DNA from: a virus
Taxonomy: Duplodnaviria; Caudoviricetes
Virus record (IMG/VR): IMGVR_UViG_3300032329_000658
Coordinates: 1-37,528 of that record
Length of the DNA: 37,528 bases
Direction: 5' to 3' (one strand)
Shown: one piece after another, positions 1-7,677 of the stretch
Position numbering within the stretch: position 1 is the stretch's first letter
How the letters are laid out: every line of letters starts with the position of its first letter
Position numbers and translations under genes: made by a program
The notes under the pieces: generated by a model
Told to the model about the DNA's origin: nothing
The model's input: the letters and a program-made list of their open reading frames with translations, nothing else
The model's database searches: none

Positions 1-123
1 AACCTGATCAGTAAAAAGATCACCAGATATGGGATCAAGAGTATAGTCAGGGTAAAGGTGAAGCATAGAAAGGCCAGTATCCATAGCCCCTTCGAAGGCT
101 TGTGAAAAGTACTCGTGGAATCC
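1..123. repeat. Left copy of 123-bp terminal direct repeat (circular assembly overlap)
   Basis: nt 1-123 (aacctgatca...gtggaatcc) are identical to nt 37406-37528, and the repeat lies inside the portal reading frame. Confidence 0.95.
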
Positions 124-522
124 ATCACGGTCCTCGCTCCATTTTAAAACTTTGTTATAATCATCTACCAAAGGATCTGTGTCATTCTGATTTGGCATTG
201 TGATAGTAGATTTACGATTCTTGCGCTGATAACCACATATCATATTTATATGACGTCGTATCAGATTGAAGTAAAACCTACGCGATTGATACCAAGCGTT
301 ATCTCCGTAGATCATAGAATGGAGAGTCTGGTCACCTACTTTGAAACGCTTGTCGATTGAACCTTGTTGCCAAAAACTCGCGCCTTGCGGGTACGCGGAA
401 TTATAGTAATGATTCATCATTTCTTTTATATTATGTGCTTTACTATCAGAAGAATCTATATAACCATTACTAGTTGGAGAAACGCCCCCACGTGAGTAAC
501 CTGCGTTTTCGTACGAAGCCAA
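1..522 (-). CDS. Portal protein, N-terminal part (continues across the circular junction into 37405..35891; about 678 aa in total)
   Basis: TTG at 522 with GAGGTG SD at 527-532. Open frame MASYENAG...FYFNLIRRHINMICGYQRKNRK...EGAMDTG is in frame with the 532-aa ORF. The FNxIRxxxNxxxGxQRxNR motif resembles P22-type portals. Confidence 0.85.
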   Translation of the reverse strand, partial: MASYENAGYSRGGVSPTSNGYIDSSDSKAHNIKEMMNHYYNSAYPQGASFWQQGSIDKRFKVGDQTLHSMIYGDNAWYQSRRFYFNLIRRHINMICGYQRKNRKSTITMPNQNDTDPLVDDYNKVLKWSEDRDGFHEYFSQAFEGAMDTGLSMLHLYPDYTLDPISGDLFTDQV

Positions 523-533
523 AGAACACCTCA

Positions 534-562
534 ATGTGATATAAAAGATTTTTATATCACAT
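534..562. promoter_or_regulatory. Perfect 13-bp inverted repeat immediately upstream of the portal SD
   Basis: ATGTGATATAAAA-GAT-TTTTATATCACAT. Confidence 0.6.
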
Positions 563-587
563 CTGGATTTAACGCGCATTTATATTT

Positions 588-1193
588 TTATTTGTCACTC
601 CAATATTTAAGTTTCATACAGGATTTACCACAAAATCTAGTCTTAGCATATTTGTTTTTCTTAAATTCAGTACCACAATTCTCGCATCCTATTAATATAT
701 CATCTAATCCAGCTATTCTTCTCCATTTTGACTTGCATCCGTTGGAACAGAATCTTGTCCTTCCTTCTGCTATCAATTTACTTTTATATTTCTCGTTACA
801 TTGTTGACATTGATAATCAAATTCAGGTCCATTTCCAAACTTATTCTTCAATGCATGTAACTTATGCCATGTTTTTCCTTCTTCACTCGCATGCCATTCC
901 TTTGTCAATGGTCTGTACTTTTCAGCCATTTCTCTCATTCTTTGTACTTTTATTGGATCTTTGGCGTGGTGTTTTAGATGCGCGTATGCAGTTAACATTA
1001 GCAGATTCTTTATTTCATTATTTGATTTATCATCATCAATATGATGAATGTGGTACCCTTTTGGGATTTCTCCATAATGATATTCCCAAACCCATCTATG
1101 AGCTCTAATCCTTGGACTTGTCCTAGATAACCAATATCCTGTGTGTTTATCTAGATAGAATTCCCTTCCGTAATATTCTCTATATTCTTTCAT
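588..1193 (-). CDS. HNH homing endonuclease with C-terminal CxxC...FCS zinc-finger repeats
   Basis: AHRWVWE...IHHIDDDKSNNEIKNL HNH motif; CQQC...RFCSNGC and CENC...RFCGKSC repeats; inserted between terL and portal. Confidence 0.85.
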   Translation of the reverse strand: MKEYREYYGREFYLDKHTGYWLSRTSPRIRAHRWVWEYHYGEIPKGYHIHHIDDDKSNNEIKNLLMLTAYAHLKHHAKDPIKVQRMREMAEKYRPLTKEWHASEEGKTWHKLHALKNKFGNGPEFDYQCQQCNEKYKSKLIAEGRTRFCSNGCKSKWRRIAGLDDILIGCENCGTEFKKNKYAKTRFCGKSCMKLKYWSDK

Positions 1194-1246
1194 AAATACT
1201 CCTTAATTGAGTATCTAAAAGTAACAAATGACAATTTTATAGTCAA
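1193..1246 (-). promoter_or_regulatory. Sigma70-like promoter plus RBS-sequestering hairpin for the HNH gene
   Basis: Minus strand TTGACT-N17-TACTTT, followed by stem TAGATACTC/GAGTATTTA that includes part of AAGGAG and the A of ATG. Confidence 0.6.
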
Positions 1247-2524
1247 TCACATATATCCACCTTGCTCGTTAAATCCCATTAGGTTATCTTGAGATCCGTA
1301 TATGTTTGCCCTTATCTGCTCTATAGTAAGGTTCTCGTCGGGGTGATTGAATTCTCCCGAGCTAAAAGCGCTGTAGCAGGCATAGCGAAGGGAATCTGGG
1401 GCGTGACTCACAGCATGTAATGGCTTATCCTCTCCTCTGTCGCTAGCCTTGGGACACCATAAATAGCTTTGCAGAGCTTCTATCAAGTTTGTACACGACT
1501 TGTGCACGCATATATTCTTCCCAGCTATAAATTTAGCCACCGTGCGTATACCTGGTATCACATCATTCTTAGCATCTAACACAGGTAAATTCATACGGCG
1601 AAGTTCTAACTTAAATGATGCTGCCGCTGGGTCTACATAAATAGCTCGCATATTGCGCCATCCTATGAATCTCTTAATATCTTCCGCTAACTCATCGTCT
1701 GTCTTTTGCATGCCCGTTTTGCGAGAGTCATAGTAGTATTCCTCGACGACACACAGCTGCGGCCATTGATGCGGAGTGACAGCGATAATGACGGCCGCTG
1801 TAGCATCAGAAGTACCGTAATCGACACCCATAATATAATAATTTGGATTATTCTTTGGCTGCTCATAAATATTCATTTCATCGAATCTGTCGTATATTAA
1901 CCCTGAATTGGCCACCCAAAGACCAAGAATCATCCTCTGATACCACGCTCCAGTATATTCCTTCTTGAGGTTCGCAACATACGCCGGATCGAGCGAAGGG
2001 TTGTCATCCAGAACGAAGTGCCAGTGCGCGAGATCAAGCTCTGATTCCCTATCAATGTAATTCTTCTTAAACCAGTGCGATGGGCCTTCAGGGTTTCCCG
2101 TGCATAGGAGTTGCGCCCCCTTAACAGATAGTCTTGACAATAGCATAGTAAAGAAAGGTTGAGGTATACATGTGACCTCATCAACGTAGGCGAAGGCGAG
2201 AGTAGAGCCCTGAATCCTACGTACTGAACCTTCATCATGCGCGCCCACAAAATACACATTTCTTCCGTATAGTTTAGTTTCAGTCGTCTTGGTTCCCGGG
2301 ACAGTGAAACCAAGAAACTTGTAGAGTTCAAGCAAGACATTACGCTGTATCGTGTCACGGTTAACTCCTATTATCATTGCAGAACCAGGGGGGCCATTCT
2401 TAAGTAAGTCCACAAACTTTAGGATAGAGCTAAAGGTTTTACCTGATCGCACAGCTCCAATCCAAATGTTTAGACGCTTCTCAGCTTGCTGAAGTGATAG
2501 AACTTGTTTAGGGCTTAGGGGCAT
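1247..2524 (-). CDS. terL: Terminase large subunit (PBSX-like)
   Basis: Q-motif LSPKQ, Walker A GAVRSGKT, Walker B AYVDE, motif III TGNP, nuclease motifs GVDYG, YVDPAA and HAPDSLRY. Confidence 0.95.
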   Translation of the reverse strand: MPLSPKQVLSLQQAEKRLNIWIGAVRSGKTFSSILKFVDLLKNGPPGSAMIIGVNRDTIQRNVLLELYKFLGFTVPGTKTTETKLYGRNVYFVGAHDEGSVRRIQGSTLAFAYVDEVTCIPQPFFTMLLSRLSVKGAQLLCTGNPEGPSHWFKKNYIDRESELDLAHWHFVLDDNPSLDPAYVANLKKEYTGAWYQRMILGLWVANSGLIYDRFDEMNIYEQPKNNPNYYIMGVDYGTSDATAAVIIAVTPHQWPQLCVVEEYYYDSRKTGMQKTDDELAEDIKRFIGWRNMRAIYVDPAAASFKLELRRMNLPVLDAKNDVIPGIRTVAKFIAGKNICVHKSCTNLIEALQSYLWCPKASDRGEDKPLHAVSHAPDSLRYACYSAFSSGEFNHPDENLTIEQIRANIYGSQDNLMGFNEQGGYM

Positions 2525-2890
2525 TCAAAAGCTCCAGTGATTTTCTAGTTTTCTAGTTCCTTTCAATTTATCTTCCTTAGCCTTCTTAATAGCGTCATAC
2601 TTGGCTCTATAAGTTGCGTTGATACACGTCTTGCACTTAGATTGCAGTCCACCTTGTCCAGTCTTCACAGGGGAATACATAGATAGATCCTGCCATTTCT
2701 GGCAACCATTACACACTTTCTTATCGCCATTGATAGTGACAGGATAAGGATGTTTCTCTTGTTTAGCCCTGTACTTAGCCCTATACTTTGCATTACGTTC
2801 CTTAGAGCAAGCCATACATTCGGACTTGTTATGATAGAATAGAGATTCATCCTTTTGCTCTTGGCATATTGTGCAATGTTTTAATGTCAT
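2525..2890 (-). CDS. Zinc-ribbon protein (two CxxC...CxxC repeats)
   Basis: CTIC...CMAC and CNGC...CKTC, like the N-terminal DNA-binding arms of phage HNH/EndoVII genes; abuts the terL start. Confidence 0.65.
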   Translation of the reverse strand: MTLKHCTICQEQKDESLFYHNKSECMACSKERNAKYRAKYRAKQEKHPYPVTINGDKKVCNGCQKWQDLSMYSPVKTGQGGLQSKCKTCINATYRAKYDAIKKAKEDKLKGTRKLENHWSF

Positions 2891-3069
2891 TTATCCTCAT
2901 CGTGTCTTCTCTTCATATCCCATAGTACGTACTCTCTAAACTTCATCCTGTCCATACCGTAGTTTTTTTTCATCATCTCAGTTACGTAAGAATCAAATGC
3001 TTTCCAAATAAAATCGGTTAGTGATTTGAAATGTTTATCTAGAATTTCTTCATGCGTTTCTTGACTCAT
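2887..3069 (-). CDS. Hypothetical protein
   Basis: 60-aa ORF with ATGA coupling to the next gene. Confidence 0.6.
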   Translation of the reverse strand: MSQETHEEILDKHFKSLTDFIWKAFDSYVTEMMKKNYGMDRMKFREYVLWDMKRRHDEDK

Positions 3070-3170
3070 TATTGGCTCGTGGTTGAACTTTCAGCGAGTT
3101 TAGACAAAATATAACGATAGCAGAAAATCCAAAATGTAGCTAGATTATTAAATAAACCAAAGGATAATAC

Positions 3171-3548
3171 ATGTGGGTAAAGACAGAAGACTGTCAATAT
3201 ATAAATTTAGATTTCTATCAAAAACTAGCATGCTATCACATGGAAAATAAGGATGCAAAATTCTTAGGATTTAGATTAGCCGCTACATCAGATGATCTAG
3301 ATGAAATAACGATAGCTTATTTTGAAGACTTAGAACAGGTAAATCAATTCGTTGAGAGGATGCTTTATAGCAAATGCCCAGTATCAGCAAAATACGAAAA
3401 TCAAAGAAAACAAGTAATAGAATCTGCATATGGAAAAGATTTTCCAACATATGATTGGGATAGTACAAAATTTTCAGAAAGAGATGCCTTAGAAGAAAAA
3501 TTCATAAAATCTATGGGAATAACAGAAGAAGAAGTAGAATTTGACTAA
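3171..3548 (+). CDS. Hypothetical acidic protein (inverted insertion in the packaging region)
   Basis: AAGGA SD, 125 aa, stop codon 1 nt before the tRNA-like element. Confidence 0.75.
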   Translation: MWVKTEDCQYINLDFYQKLACYHMENKDAKFLGFRLAATSDDLDEITIAYFEDLEQVNQFVERMLYSKCPVSAKYENQRKQVIESAYGKDFPTYDWDSTKFSERDALEEKFIKSMGITEEEVEFD

Positions 3549-3549
3549 C

Positions 3550-3672
3550 GGCCTAGTAACTCAGTGGTAGAGGGGCGATGGGTGCAGACTATGGACGGCT
3601 TGTAGCTACGGCGGAAGTTATAGTCTGGAGCATTTCCATGCAGTGTCGGGTGTTCGACTCACCCCTAGGCTT
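3550..3672 (+). ncRNA. tRNA-like RNA with a greatly extended anticodon arm
   Basis: Acceptor GGCCTAG/CTAGGCT, TA at 8-9, D-arm CTC-AGTGGTA-GAG, T-arm GGGTG-TTCGACT-CACCC; about 50 extra nt folding as ATGG/CCAT, GTGC/GCAT, AGACTAT/ATAGTCT. Confidence 0.75.
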
Positions 3673-3673
3673 A

Positions 3674-3868
3674 TTATAGTGTTCCCATCATTTCTTTAGT
3701 AAGTCTGTCCACCATACGATCTGCCTCAAATGACATTCTTTGCTCCATAAACGCAAGATCTTCGTCTGACATCTTAGATGCATTCTCATTGATGATTATC
3801 ATTTTACCAAACGATGGTTGAATAGGCATAGGGATGTCTTCGGATTTTACATATTTTCTGAATTTCAT
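3674..3868 (-). CDS. Hypothetical protein
   Basis: ATGA-coupled to the terS stop. Confidence 0.6.
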   Translation of the reverse strand: MKFRKYVKSEDIPMPIQPSFGKMIIINENASKMSDEDLAFMEQRMSFEADRMVDRLTKEMMGTL

Positions 3869-4305
3869 TTTGACTCTTTGACGGCTTTGATAAGATCGCT
3901 TAATAGACAGTCGTTAGGTGACGTCTGATTCTTGTTATTTGCTTCTGCTTTGACTTCAGCTTCATGATCTATGACTTCGAACTTCACTTCTCTCTCATGC
4001 TTACGTAAATCTTTAGAGTATACACCTAAGAAACGCGATCCATAGGCAGTTTCAAGATTCTTATTTGCCATTGTACATAGAGACATCAATTCCAAAGCAG
4101 AATCATAATACTTGAGGAAGTGAGCACGTTTTCTAATATTATCCCAATCATGATATAATATATCTTTTTCTAATGAATACCATTCCGTAAGATGAATTGG
4201 CATGTCTTTATCATTGAATCTCTTTCTAATCCAGGCAATTAACTCTTCTCCCAACTTGACCACATCTTCATCACTATAAACTTTTGGAGGTCTTCCTATA
4301 GCCAT
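3865..4305 (-). CDS. terS: Terminase small subunit / DNA packaging protein
   Basis: N-terminal MAIGRPPKVY motif typical of small terminases, 146 aa, upstream of terL, GGAGG SD. Confidence 0.75.
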   Translation of the reverse strand: MAIGRPPKVYSDEDVVKLGEELIAWIRKRFNDKDMPIHLTEWYSLEKDILYHDWDNIRKRAHFLKYYDSALELMSLCTMANKNLETAYGSRFLGVYSKDLRKHEREVKFEVIDHEAEVKAEANNKNQTSPNDCLLSDLIKAVKESK

Positions 4306-4484
4306 TATACCTCCATCTTCGTCTTAACGATCACTTCTTCAACAGGCAGATTAAAAGCCTTAATGACCTTATCAATCATAGATCTTAATTGTTCGTCATC
4401 AGAGGACAATGTAATAAAATTAGTTTCAAAATGTTCAGTCATGCTCACTTGGTCATTAGATACTTTGATAGTGATACGGATCAT
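4305..4484 (-). CDS. Hypothetical 59-aa protein (not in ORF track)
   Basis: GAGGA SD; MIRITIKVSNDQVSMTEHF...KTKMEV*; TAATG coupling to terS. Confidence 0.65.
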   Translation of the reverse strand: MIRITIKVSNDQVSMTEHFETNFITLSSDDEQLRSMIDKVIKAFNLPVEEVIVKTKMEV

Positions 4485-4563
4485 GATTCCTCAAATAAAT
4501 ATTAATTCGTAGATTATATTTTAGACGAAAAAATCGCAAGGAAATATTTATATACAAGACCCA

Positions 4564-4592
4564 TTGACACAAAACAAAATAAATTTTATAAA
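4564..4592 (+). promoter_or_regulatory. Near-consensus sigma70 promoter
   Basis: TTGACA-N17-TATAAA. Confidence 0.8.
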
Positions 4593-4621
4593 GTGAGATG
4601 GGCATATTTCAAGGAGTTTGT

Positions 4622-4825
4622 ATGAATCTAGGGATACCTGATAAAGTACAAGTAGAAGTCGTAGTCCAAAGCAGATGTTTTTGCTGCTCTAGGAATCCAA
4701 AAGCGGATTCTCCAAAAAAATCTCTATCACAAAAATTAACATCAATATTTAAATCATCTACCGTAAAAGAAGACAATCCTACTCCAATGAGAGCGAGAAC
4801 TACCAGCTTCGCAATAGAAGAATAA
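4622..4825 (+). CDS. Small Ser/Lys-rich moron protein with CFCC motif
   Basis: AAGGAG SD at 4612-4617, own consensus promoter, antisense to the late operon. Confidence 0.7.
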   Translation: MNLGIPDKVQVEVVVQSRCFCCSRNPKADSPKKSLSQKLTSIFKSSTVKEDNPTPMRARTTSFAIEE

Positions 4826-5017
4826 CTATTTTTTATGTATTTTCTTCAGAGTTTCAGCAAGAACGGCTTCCTTTTTCAATTTAGGATTCTTGGAATGAGA
4901 TGCCTTCTCTAATTTCTTTTCAGGAATTTTTTTTCCTTCAGCTATACCCAATGCTTTATGAAGCTTCCCTGGATGCTTACTTACTGCTTCTTGTATCCAT
5001 TTCTCTTTTTCCATCAT
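4826..5017 (-). CDS. Small basic phage protein (KWIQEA...HPGKLHKALG type)
   Basis: Recurrent Lys-rich phage peptide pattern; ATGA coupling. Confidence 0.75.
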   Translation of the reverse strand: MMEKEKWIQEAVSKHPGKLHKALGIAEGKKIPEKKLEKASHSKNPKLKKEAVLAETLKKIHKK

Positions 5018-5169
5018 TTCTTTCCTTTCTTTTTAGACTTTTTCTCTCCTGCTTCACTGTAAGCTATAGCTACTGCTTGCTTCTGTGGTTTACCAGCATC
5101 CATTTCACGCTTTACATTCTCTGAAAATCCCTTTTTACTTTTGGCAGCTGCGCCTTTGACCAATGGCAT
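5014..5169 (-). CDS. Small basic phage protein (GKPQKQAVAIAYS type; 51 aa, not in ORF track)
   Basis: AAGGAG SD; MPLVKGAAAKSKKGFSENVKREMDAGKPQKQAVAIAYSEAGEKKSKKKGKK*. Confidence 0.8.
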   Translation of the reverse strand: MPLVKGAAAKSKKGFSENVKREMDAGKPQKQAVAIAYSEAGEKKSKKKGKK

Positions 5170-5336
5170 TATTTTACTCCTTTAGTATCTTTGTCGACTA
5201 TGGGATCACGGATTTTCTCCATCTCGTCCCTCACTATCCATCGAATTTTACATTCCTGACCGCATACAAATCTGATTTTCTTTAATGGGTTTATTTCCCA
5301 ATATTCAATCCCACATATTTCGCAAGCCCTATCCAT
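5169..5336 (-). CDS. Small Cys-containing protein (55 aa, not in ORF track)
   Basis: MDRACEICG...FVCGQEC; TAATG coupling. Confidence 0.6.
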   Translation of the reverse strand: MDRACEICGIEYWEINPLKKIRFVCGQECKIRWIVRDEMEKIRDPIVDKDTKGVK

Positions 5337-5344
5337 AGTTTAAC

Positions 5345-5734
5345 CTAAATATTTGAAACCTTGATAACAGTTTTTGGCTTATCTGAATAGAACTTTCTCG
5401 CTTTAATCTCAACAACCTGAGAATCATCATCAAATAGTAAATCTTTTAGACAGTCTTCGTAGAATTTTATGCAGTTGCTAGCATCGGGACGTGTTAACGG
5501 ACGTAGGCTTCCATTTATCATTGCGATTGTTCTTATTTTGGATGTTGCTTTTGGTATTTTAAAGAAGAAATCGAATGACAAACAAATAGCACCTTCTAAT
5601 CTCTGAAAATCCTCTTGCATTTTCACGAAATATCGCACCATTTCTCGTTCTTTGTATAGAGGATTAAAAGATTTTCTACCATATCCCGCATGTGCTTTCC
5701 ATGGTATTGGATCTCCTTCGATTATTATCAACAT
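5345..5734 (-). CDS. rusA: RusA-family Holliday junction resolvase
   Basis: RPDASNCIKFYEDCL...DDSQVVEIKARKFY motif. Confidence 0.9.
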   Translation of the reverse strand: MLIIIEGDPIPWKAHAGYGRKSFNPLYKEREMVRYFVKMQEDFQRLEGAICLSFDFFFKIPKATSKIRTIAMINGSLRPLTRPDASNCIKFYEDCLKDLLFDDDSQVVEIKARKFYSDKPKTVIKVSNI

Positions 5735-5748
5735 CTTGCACCTTTTTC

Positions 5749-5777
5749 TTGCTGTAAATATCGCTATTGTATATATT
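5749..5777 (+). promoter_or_regulatory. Putative promoter of the recombination operon
   Basis: TTGCTG-N17-TATATT upstream of AAGGAG and ATG 5797. Confidence 0.5.
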
Positions 5778-5796
5778 TATAGAAAAGGAGAAAAAC

Positions 5797-5988
5797 ATGG
5801 AAGACGAGACCTTTTCTGATTACTTAGATGAACTTTATGATACATTTGAGGAAGTTTTAGAGGAAGCTAGGAATTTCAAAAACAGTGAAGATTTTAAGAT
5901 GCATGTTTATTTTAAAATGAGAGAAGTGGCGACCAAGATGCCTAAAATATGTGTGGAATTAGCCTTAAAGGAGTGGACAAAAATATAA
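5797..5988 (+). CDS. Hypothetical acidic protein
   Basis: AAGGAG SD; MEDETFSDYL... Confidence 0.7.
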   Translation: MEDETFSDYLDELYDTFEEVLEEARNFKNSEDFKMHVYFKMREVATKMPKICVELALKEWTKI

Positions 5989-6587
5989 TGGAAATTGGAG
6001 ATAAATTCAATAATTGGATAGTTCTTTCAAAACAATATAGAGGAAAAGTGAAATGTGTATGTATATGTGGAAATATATGCAATGTAAATAAACTGAATTT
6101 AACTCATAACAAATCCAAAGGATGTTTGGAATGTTTAGCTAAATCCAGAACCATTCACGGAATGAGCAATTCAAAAACATACTCTATATGGAGCCAGATG
6201 AGAGAAAGATGTCATACAGAAACTCATCCTTCTTATAAACATTACGGAGCTAGAGGAATAAAAGTTTGCGATCGATGGATAGAAAAATTCTCTAATTTCT
6301 TAGAAGACATGGGAGAGAAACCAGAAGGACTTTCTATAGATAGAATAGACAATGACAAGGGATATTGTAAAGAAAACTGCAAATGGTCAAATAAAAAAGA
6401 ACAAAACAAAAATAAACAAAATTCTATCCACATTGGCGATATATATTGTGATTGGTTAGTAAAGATAAAATTAGAAGAACCTAAAAAATTCCTAATAGAA
6501 TGTATTCATTGTAAACTGAGTCACATTGTATGGAGTTGCAATGTAAGAATTAAAAGACCATGTAAATGCAAAGAGGAAAAATTATGA
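5988..6587 (+). CDS. HNH-type homing endonuclease (YGGRGI-VC-RW / SIDRIDN family)
   Basis: CICGN, HGMS...YSIWSQMRERC, YGARGIKVCDRW, LSIDRIDNDKGYCKENCKW. Confidence 0.9.
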   Translation: MEIGDKFNNWIVLSKQYRGKVKCVCICGNICNVNKLNLTHNKSKGCLECLAKSRTIHGMSNSKTYSIWSQMRERCHTETHPSYKHYGARGIKVCDRWIEKFSNFLEDMGEKPEGLSIDRIDNDKGYCKENCKWSNKKEQNKNKQNSIHIGDIYCDWLVKIKLEEPKKFLIECIHCKLSHIVWSCNVRIKRPCKCKEEKL

Positions 6588-7204
6588 AAATGTCAGAACA
6601 AATACACGAACTTTCTACTGCGCTTTCTATTGCTCAAGGAGAAATGAGGAATGCCGAGAAAAACGGAAAAGGGAACTTCGGGAAATATTCTAATTTAGAA
6701 TCCGTTTGGGATGTAGCTAGAGAATGTCTTCCCCCTCAAGGACTCTCTGTAGTTCAAGATGTGACATCGGCCGATAAAGGAATAAATGTTGAAACAACTT
6801 TAATGCATAAAAGCGGTCAATGGATGACTTTTGGACCTTTATTCATTCCTGCAAATGCATTTACTGCTCACGCTTTTGCTTCGGCTTGCTCCTATGGGAA
6901 AAGATATTCTCTTTGCGCTTGTCTAGGAATTGTTTCAGGTGACGCTACAGACGATGACGGTCAAGCAGCACAAGACAGTAGTAAAGTCAAGCCTCCTGAA
7001 CAGGGGAAAACTCCCACTCAAATTATCACTAAGGATCAAGCATTTGAGTTGAAAGAACTTTTAAAGTGGTTAGATAAATCTATAGAGACAAAACTTCTCA
7101 CAGCATATGCCATAAAATCAATCGAAGAACTTCCGGTAACTTCATTTGTACCTACACTTACTAGATTAAAGGCTATGTTCGATGAGAAAAAAGTTGAGTC
7201 TTGA
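6584..7204 (+). CDS. erf: ERF-family single-strand annealing protein
   Basis: ELSTALSIAQ, KYSNL, TTLMHKSGQW, SYGKRYSL...DDDG motifs. Confidence 0.92.
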   Translation: MKMSEQIHELSTALSIAQGEMRNAEKNGKGNFGKYSNLESVWDVARECLPPQGLSVVQDVTSADKGINVETTLMHKSGQWMTFGPLFIPANAFTAHAFASACSYGKRYSLCACLGIVSGDATDDDGQAAQDSSKVKPPEQGKTPTQIITKDQAFELKELLKWLDKSIETKLLTAYAIKSIEELPVTSFVPTLTRLKAMFDEKKVES

Positions 7205-7352
7205 AGAAATTGAAGATATTGAAGCTTGCATGTGCAATATGCTAAGCATGGCTAGGGGATTTATCCCTTGGTATAAAAGATTGCACATAGAATTTTATGG
7301 ATTTTATATTAAGAGGATTGCGGTGCCTTACTTAAAATGGAGTTTGAAATGA
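7182..7352 (+). CDS. Hypothetical 56-aa protein (not in ORF track)
   Basis: MRKKLSLEEIEDIEAC...WSLK*; ATGA-coupled to the next ORF. Confidence 0.5.
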   Translation: MRKKLSLEEIEDIEACMCNMLSMARGFIPWYKRLHIEFYGFYIKRIAVPYLKWSLK

Positions 7353-7447
7353 GAAACTTTGGAATGATGGAGATATTCTTATTAGGAATGTTAGTTTGCG
7401 CTATCATGTTCTTCTGTTGGATATGGAGTGTGATTGGGGCTATATGA
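7349..7447 (+). CDS. 32-aa single-TM peptide
   Basis: GGAG SD; MRNFGMMEIFLLGMLVCAIMFFCWIWSVIGAI*; ATGA overlaps at both ends. Confidence 0.55.
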   Translation: MRNFGMMEIFLLGMLVCAIMFFCWIWSVIGAI

Positions 7448-7677
7448 AAACAACAAGAAAACGCAAGAAAACCGATCAAAAAGAAATCCACAAGTCTATT
7501 GATCTGATAGGAGAGTTGGTTGAATTAAACCCAAAAATAGACCATACAATTTGGGTTTCAGCATTCTTAAATATATCAGTGATCTCAATGAAAAAATCAG
7601 GACTATCTCTGGATGAATGCAAAGAGGAAATAGAAAAAGTTTATATAAATGAAGAGGAACAACATGAAAGTCATTGA
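7444..7677 (+). CDS. Hypothetical protein
   Basis: ATG 7444 coupled to the upstream stop; MKTTRKRKK... Confidence 0.65.
   Translation: MKTTRKRKKTDQKEIHKSIDLIGELVELNPKIDHTIWVSAFLNISVISMKKSGLSLDECKEEIEKVYINEEEQHESH

Noticed and set aside
588-1246. Group I intron or intein carrying the HNH genes
   Set aside because: The flanking genes (terL, portal, scaffold, MCP) appear complete, and there is little non-coding space for ribozyme cores.
3550-3672. Calling the element a standard tRNA-Thr/Met, tmRNA, or tRNA with a bulge-helix-bulge intron
   Set aside because: It is about 50 nt too long for a standard tRNA. It lacks the G3-U70 alanine identity and has a D-stem, unlike tmRNA. Both bulges flanking the 4-bp helix are on the same strand, and I found no excision that restores a clean 5-bp anticodon stem.
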